Of a DNA stretch of 32,000 nucleotides, positions 27,612 to 32,000 are shown in pieces. The notes under the pieces are model-generated. The model had not been told where the DNA came from, did no database searches, and was given only the letters and a program-made list of their open reading frames with translations. A program made the translations under genes and the position numbers. Position 1 is the stretch's first letter, and the number at the start of each line of letters is the position of its first letter. The stretch lies in the NCBI RefSeq assembly GCF_000195855.1, contig NC_002677.1, forward strand, positions 1,770,001 to 1,802,000, written 5' to 3'. This stretch comes from Mycobacterium leprae TN (GTDB lineage: Bacteria > Actinomycetota > Actinomycetes > Mycobacteriales > Mycobacteriaceae).

Positions 27612-30203
27612 TTAAGCCCCTCGCAGGGCGTAGGTGGTGGTGCGCTGGCGGGCGGTGCGGCCGATGCCCTCCGCGATCGCTATCAACTCGGCGACGGTCT
27701 TGGCGGAACCGTATTCAGAACCGGCCATCCGCGAGATGGTCTCCTCCATCAACGTGCCTCCTAGGTCGTTGGCGCCCCCGTTAAGCATTGCCTGCGTGCG
27801 CTCCACGCCAAGCTTCACCCAGCTAGTTTGAATGTGAGAGATACGGCCGTGCAGCATAATTCGCGCCAGGGCATGAACGGCACGGTTGTCACGATGGGTG
27901 GGCCCCGGACGAGCTGCTCCGGCCAGGTACAACGGCGAATTCTGGTGCACGAAAGGCAATGGCACAAATTCGGTGAAGCCACCGGTGCGATCCTGGATAT
28001 CGCGCAGGACTTGTAGGTGAGCCACCCAGTGGCGTGGCCCGTCGACATGGCCGTACATCATGGTCGACGAAGAGCGTAAACCCACCTCATGGGCCGTGGT
28101 GACGATCTCGATCCACATCGACGTCGGCAACTTGCCCTTAGTTAGTACCCAGCGCACTTCATCATCCAGGATTTCGGCGGCGGTGCCGGGAATGGTATCC
28201 AAGCCAGCCTCACGCAAACTGATCAGCCACTCACGAATACTAAAACCACTCTTGGCCACACCGTTGGCGATCTCCATCGGGGAAAACGCGTGCACATGCA
28301 TCGAAGGGACCCGGGTTTTGACGGCGCGCACCAGATCGACGTAGCCAGTGACCGGTAGCTCGGGGTCGATACCACCCTGCATACATACCTCGGTGGCACC
28401 CTGGACGTGTGCCTCCCATGCGCGTTCAGCGACCTCCTCTCTAGACAACGAGTAGGCATCGGTGTCACCCTTGCGTTGGGCGAACGCACAGAACCGACAG
28501 CCGGTGTAACAGATATTGGTGAAGTTAATGTTACGATTCACCACGAACGTCACATCATCACCGACCACATCCCGGCGCAACGAATCTGCAAGTGCAGTAA
28601 CAGCTTCCAGTGCAGGACCGTCGGCGGTGGCCAACGCCAGATACTCGTCGTCAGTGCAACCGGCGGGATCACGCTCAGCTGAGCGAAGTGCAGCGAGCAC
28701 ATCGGTATCGATGCGCTCCGGGGCGCAGTCGGCCAACTCGTGCACGTGGGCACGGATTGATTCCCAATCACCGAATGCGCTGTCGAGGTCGCTACGGGCT
28801 TCGGTGTTGCGGCCCTCGGTGTCGATCGCTGTATTGATATCCATCCGACCGGCGGACTCCACATCGTCGGGCTCCTGCCAGGGCATGCCGACCGGATTGA
28901 CATCGCGAGCCAAGCCGGTCACCGGATCAGCCAGTGCCACAACATGACCCCGCACTCGTGGGTCGATCCATGCGGCACCTGCCTGCACGTATTTAGGTTG
29001 GGCAGTCAACCGCTGCACCAGGGTATAACCGGCCTCCGCTGTGACAGCAGCCAATTCATGCAAAGCAGGCCAGGGTCGTTCCGGATTGACATGGTCGGGT
29101 GTCAGTGGTGAGACACCGCCCCAGTCGTCAACACCGGCAGTAACCAACGCGAGACACTCCTCGCGCGACACCAGGTTCGGCGGCGCCTGAATACGCATAG
29201 CTGGACCCAGTACCAGCCGAGCAACAGCCACGGTTGCTAGGTAATCCTCGATCCTGGCATCCGGAACCGCAGCCATCGCAGTGTGTTCCTTGGCCCGGAA
29301 ATTCTGCACGATTACTTCCTGGACATGGCCGAACTCCTTGTTCGACTTGCGGATCTCGTGCAACGTATCGGCACGCTCGGCCAACGTCTCGCCGATGCCG
29401 ACCAGCAGACCGGTGGTGAACGGTATGGACAACCGACCCGCATCAGTCAGCACCCGCAACCGCACCGTCGGATCTTTGTCCAGACTGCCGTAGTGCGCGA
29501 GGCCTTTTGTTTCGAATAATCGTCGTGACGTCGTCTCCAGCATCATACCCATCGAAGGCGCCACCGGTTTGAGCCGCGACAGCTCAGACCAACTCATCAC
29601 GCCAGGATTCAAATGCGGCAATAGGCCGGTCTCCTCCAACACGCGAATCGCCATCGCCCGCAAATAGGACAACGTGGAATCATAACCCCGTTCAGCGAGC
29701 CAGTCACGAGCTTGCGCCCAGCGATCCTCAGGCCGGTCACCGAGGGTGAATAGTGCCTCCTTGCAACCAAGTTCACTCCCACGACGAGCTAGATTGAGAA
29801 TTTCGTTGGGTTCCAAGTACATCCCAGCACCTTGGGTACGCAGCATGTCTGGGGCGGTGACGAAAGTGCAGTAGTGGCAGCTGTCGCGGCACAGATGGGT
29901 GACGGGGATGAACACCTTCCTCGAATAGGTAATCGGCAACCGGCCGTCTGCACCGCGTCGCCCAGCCGTTTCGAGACCTACGTCGCGTACCCGAGCAGCA
30001 CTGGCACAAAGGTCAGCCAGATCCTCACCACGTGCGGTCATCGCAACGACCGCCTCATCGATATTCAGCGCGAAACCGTCTCGAGCTCGGCGCAATACCC
30101 GCCGCAGCGCCGACGTATTAGGCTTGGGTGGAACGACAGGGCGAGAAAGAGCGATGGGCTCCTGGCTTTCAATCAGCGACACTTTGGTGTAACTTCCCCA
30201 CAA
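27612..30203 (-). CDS. fbiC: FO synthase (7,8-didemethyl-8-hydroxy-5-deazariboflavin synthase), fused CofG/CofH, F420 biosynthesis
   Basis: 863-aa intact ORF with two radical-SAM CxxxCxxC sites, [10 protein letters not shown] (N-terminal half) and [10 protein letters not shown] (C-terminal half). The conserved N-terminus reads [29 protein letters not shown]. The start is uncertain: TTG at 30203 (track) or GTG at 30182, which is preceded by GGAAG. Confidence 0.95.
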   Translation of the reverse strand: MWGSYTKVSLIESQEPIALSRPVVPPKPNTSALRRVLRRARDGFALNIDEAVVAMTARGEDLADLCASAARVRDVGLETAGRRGADGRLPITYSRKVFIPVTHLCRDSCHYCTFVTAPDMLRTQGAGMYLEPNEILNLARRGSELGCKEALFTLGDRPEDRWAQARDWLAERGYDSTLSYLRAMAIRVLEETGLLPHLNPGVMSWSELSRLKPVAPSMGMMLETTSRRLFETKGLAHYGSLDKDPTVRLRVLTDAGRLSIPFTTGLLVGIGETLAERADTLHEIRKSNKEFGHVQEVIVQNFRAKEHTAMAAVPDARIEDYLATVAVARLVLGPAMRIQAPPNLVSREECLALVTAGVDDWGGVSPLTPDHVNPERPWPALHELAAVTAEAGYTLVQRLTAQPKYVQAGAAWIDPRVRGHVVALADPVTGLARDVNPVGMPWQEPDDVESAGRMDINTAIDTEGRNTEARSDLDSAFGDWESIRAHVHELADCAPERIDTDVLAALRSAERDPAGCTDDEYLALATADGPALEAVTALADSLRRDVVGDDVTFVVNRNINFTNICYTGCRFCAFAQRKGDTDAYSLSREEVAERAWEAHVQGATEVCMQGGIDPELPVTGYVDLVRAVKTRVPSMHVHAFSPMEIANGVAKSGFSIREWLISLREAGLDTIPGTAAEILDDEVRWVLTKGKLPTSMWIEIVTTAHEVGLRSSSTMMYGHVDGPRHWVAHLQVLRDIQDRTGGFTEFVPLPFVHQNSPLYLAGAARPGPTHRDNRAVHALARIMLHGRISHIQTSWVKLGVERTQAMLNGGANDLGGTLMEETISRMAGSEYGSAKTVAELIAIAEGIGRTARQRTTTYALRGA

Positions 30204-30423
30204 TCAAATTCCATCCACGACGTCCCAAACATATTCGCAACACTAGCGCCAAGCCACAGCTGGCACGCGGTCGAGTATCCCGCTGTCATCGCCGCGCAAC
30301 GAGCGCTCAGCTAACCGTTTCGCGAATATCTCCGCTAAACAGCCGGAGATCGCGATACAATTCAGTCAATCAGGCACTACTTAGGCGATAGCCGCGCTGC
30401 TGCGAACGCACGGGGGATACGGG

Positions 30424-31373
30424 ATGTCTTTCTGTATTCACCGCGCCAAATGCACTGCTTACTGCTACATCGGACTTAGCAGGTATGGGTTCCACGTTCA
30501 GCGCTGCCCACGCCGCAGCGACAGCCCCGAGAACCGGAATACTGGCCGCCGCAGATCAGGCATCGACGCAGATAGCCGCGCTATTCTCTCAGTATACACA
30601 GGGATATCGGCGGCTGAGAGCGCAGTTGGCCGCGTTTCATGAGCAATTCGTGCAGGCCGTGAGCACCAGTGCCCGCACATATGCGACGGCCGAGGCCAAC
30701 GCCGTGCAAACAAACGCTGGTAAATTCGGTGAACAGACCCACTGAGCTGCTGCTAGGGCACCCGTTGCTCGGCAGCGACGATCACACGGTGGCCAGCAGC
30801 CTCTGGTCCAACGTCGCGGAACGCATCGAGAACCTCCTATTAGGCAACGCAGAGGTCGGGTTGACCAGCAACGCCAACTTCAGTTTCCCTAGCGGAGTTA
30901 GCCGCGCACCACACTGGCACCAGCGTGCCGGGACACCGATCTACCGGCGGTGCTAGTGGCCCCGCCGCTGCCGGGAACGTCCTGCTAAAGCCGGTGAATC
31001 TGACCAACGCTGCGGCAGTGCCCACGGCAACTGGATCTATCGGCAACGCGATCGATAACCTCATACCTTGGTGTTGGACCATGGGTGCAGTACGGTGTCA
31101 ATCTGCTGTCTTACGTGGTGAGTTGGGTACCCTGGATCGACATCTTGGCACCGCAAATCAACTTTTTATACTACCTGTTCGAGCCCATGGCGCAAAGCGT
31201 CTTGTTCAGCACAATCGACTGGCTAGGCGGAACAATCACCTTCAGTCAAGGGCTGAGTAATTTCTGGGCAGTCACCACAGCGTCGACCAAATCAATTCAT
31301 CCAGGCTGAGATCAACTGGGTGCTTAGTTTCCCTCCCACTGCTGCCGCCCCTCCCGTACACCGATTCCATTAG
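30424..31373 (+). pseudogene. PE-family gene (PE12 position) pseudogene
   Basis: ATG TCT TTC (MSF) at 30424 is followed by one extra nucleotide. The shifted frame then reads VFTAANALLTATSDLAGMGSTFSAAHAAATAPRTGILAAADQASTQIAALFSQYTQGYRRLRAQLAAFHEQFVQAVSTSARTYATAEANAVQ (a canonical PE domain), with a TGA at 30743..30745. Later fragments in other frames: VNRPTELLLGHPLLG, PWVQYGVNLLSYVVSWVPWIDILAPQINFLYYLFEP, and QFIQAEINWVLSF... ending TAG 31371..31373. It is divergent from fbiC, as PE12 is in M. tuberculosis. Confidence 0.75.
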
Positions 31374-31723
31374 CCGTAGCGATTACACCGCCAAAGTACA
31401 CACGCCGGCGGCGAAACGCCCAACAAAATCAGCCACAGTGCTCCGGAGGCCATTACACTTTGCCCCGAAACGACATCAACGCCAGGACCACCTAAGCTGA
31501 GTAACCCGACGGTGAGCAGCCACACCCACAAGGGCAACGCAACCAACCACGGTGACCTCGTCCAGAGCCTGGCGGCCCATACCAGCACCGCATTGACCAA
31601 TCCACTGATCAGACCGCTAATGGGAAACGGAACAGAACCGATATAGAGAGGCATCAGCATCGCCCCGACTACTGCAGACAAAACCCCATCGGCAGCAAAA
31701 AGCACCAGGACAACGATGCGCAT
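31370..31723 (-). CDS. Small conserved integral membrane protein (Rv1171 position)
   Basis: The ORF reads MRIVVLVLFAADGVLSAVVGAMLMPLYIGSVPFPISGLISGLVNAVLVWAARLWTRSPWLVALPLWVWLLTVGLLSLGG..., with 3-4 predicted hydrophobic helices. I chose the ATG at 31723. The track ORF starts at a TTG at 31855 with a non-hydrophobic, Cys/Ser/Thr/Arg-rich leader. The start is uncertain and the function unknown. Confidence 0.6.
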   Translation of the reverse strand: MRIVVLVLFAADGVLSAVVGAMLMPLYIGSVPFPISGLISGLVNAVLVWAARLWTRSPWLVALPLWVWLLTVGLLSLGGPGVDVVSGQSVMASGALWLILLGVSPPACVLWRCNRYG

Positions 31724-31887
31724 GACAGGCCCTGACGCGGCGCGTAACTGGTTTCGGTCAAGTCGGGACACTGTCGATATACCAGAACACAGATGCGATT
31801 TCCCACGGCAGACTGTCGAGTCGGTCCTGCCAATGCTGCAGGTCGGGGTACACAACCAGTTCCTTCCGCAGATACCTTATTGGCAGT

Positions 31888-32000
31888 TTACCGCGCATCA
31901 AATCCATCCAGACATAGTCCCGCTAGCAAATCAGTTTCCCAACCGCGCTCATCGCGATTTCCCGCGGAGCCGGCGGCGAGAACATAGTGCTCTTGTGCGA
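31888..32000 (-). CDS. mshB: C-terminal end of the mycothiol biosynthesis deacetylase MshB (gene starts beyond the window end)
   Basis: The minus-strand frame reads ...[36 protein letters not shown] then TAA (31888..31890). This resembles the MshB C-terminus as I recall it (EHYVLAAG...[14 protein letters not shown]). Its position next to the Rv1171-like gene matches Rv1170. Only 37 codons are visible. Confidence 0.6.
   Translation of the reverse strand, partial: AQEHYVLAAGSAGNRDERGWETDLLAGLCLDGFDAR

Overview
This window reads as Mycobacterium leprae chromosome. It carries a copy of the M. leprae RLEP dispersed repeat (about 21.26-21.95 kb), and the classical RLEP PCR primer sites, recalled from memory, are present verbatim. 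Only about half of the DNA is intact coding sequence; most of the rest is recognisable gene wreckage. Apparently intact features, all housekeeping: folC (partial), valS, clpX, mmuM, clpP2, clpP1, tig, tRNA-Pro(UGG), tRNA-Gly(UCC), rpiB, a DsbA-like CPWC thiol oxidoreductase (Rv2466c type), pepN, a DapC-type aminotransferase, the 7Fe ferredoxin fdxC, the FO synthase fbiC, a small membrane protein and the 3' end of mshB. Pseudogenes I can support by reading across frameshifts and stops: a bulb-type (QxDxNxVxY) lectin, a DUF937 protein, an Rpf-like remnant, mobA, korB, korA, lipP, nei, an APC-type permease truncated at RLEP, a PadR-like regulator, fadH, the TB8.4 antigen homologue and a PE12-like PE gene. 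Left of RLEP the gene order follows the M. tuberculosis Rv2447c-Rv2467 block. Right of it the order follows the inverted Rv1178-Rv1170 block, so RLEP marks a rearrangement junction. I found no CRISPR array, no intact mobile element, no defence or biosynthetic cluster and no convincing novel multi-gene system. The items most worth a second look are a ~0.85 kb AT-rich ORF-free island (5.23-6.08 kb), the lectin relic, two small repeat/palindrome structures, a tRNA-Gly with C at position 33, and the RLEP junction. All homology statements come from reading translations by eye and from remembered family motifs and M. tuberculosis gene order; no search was run.
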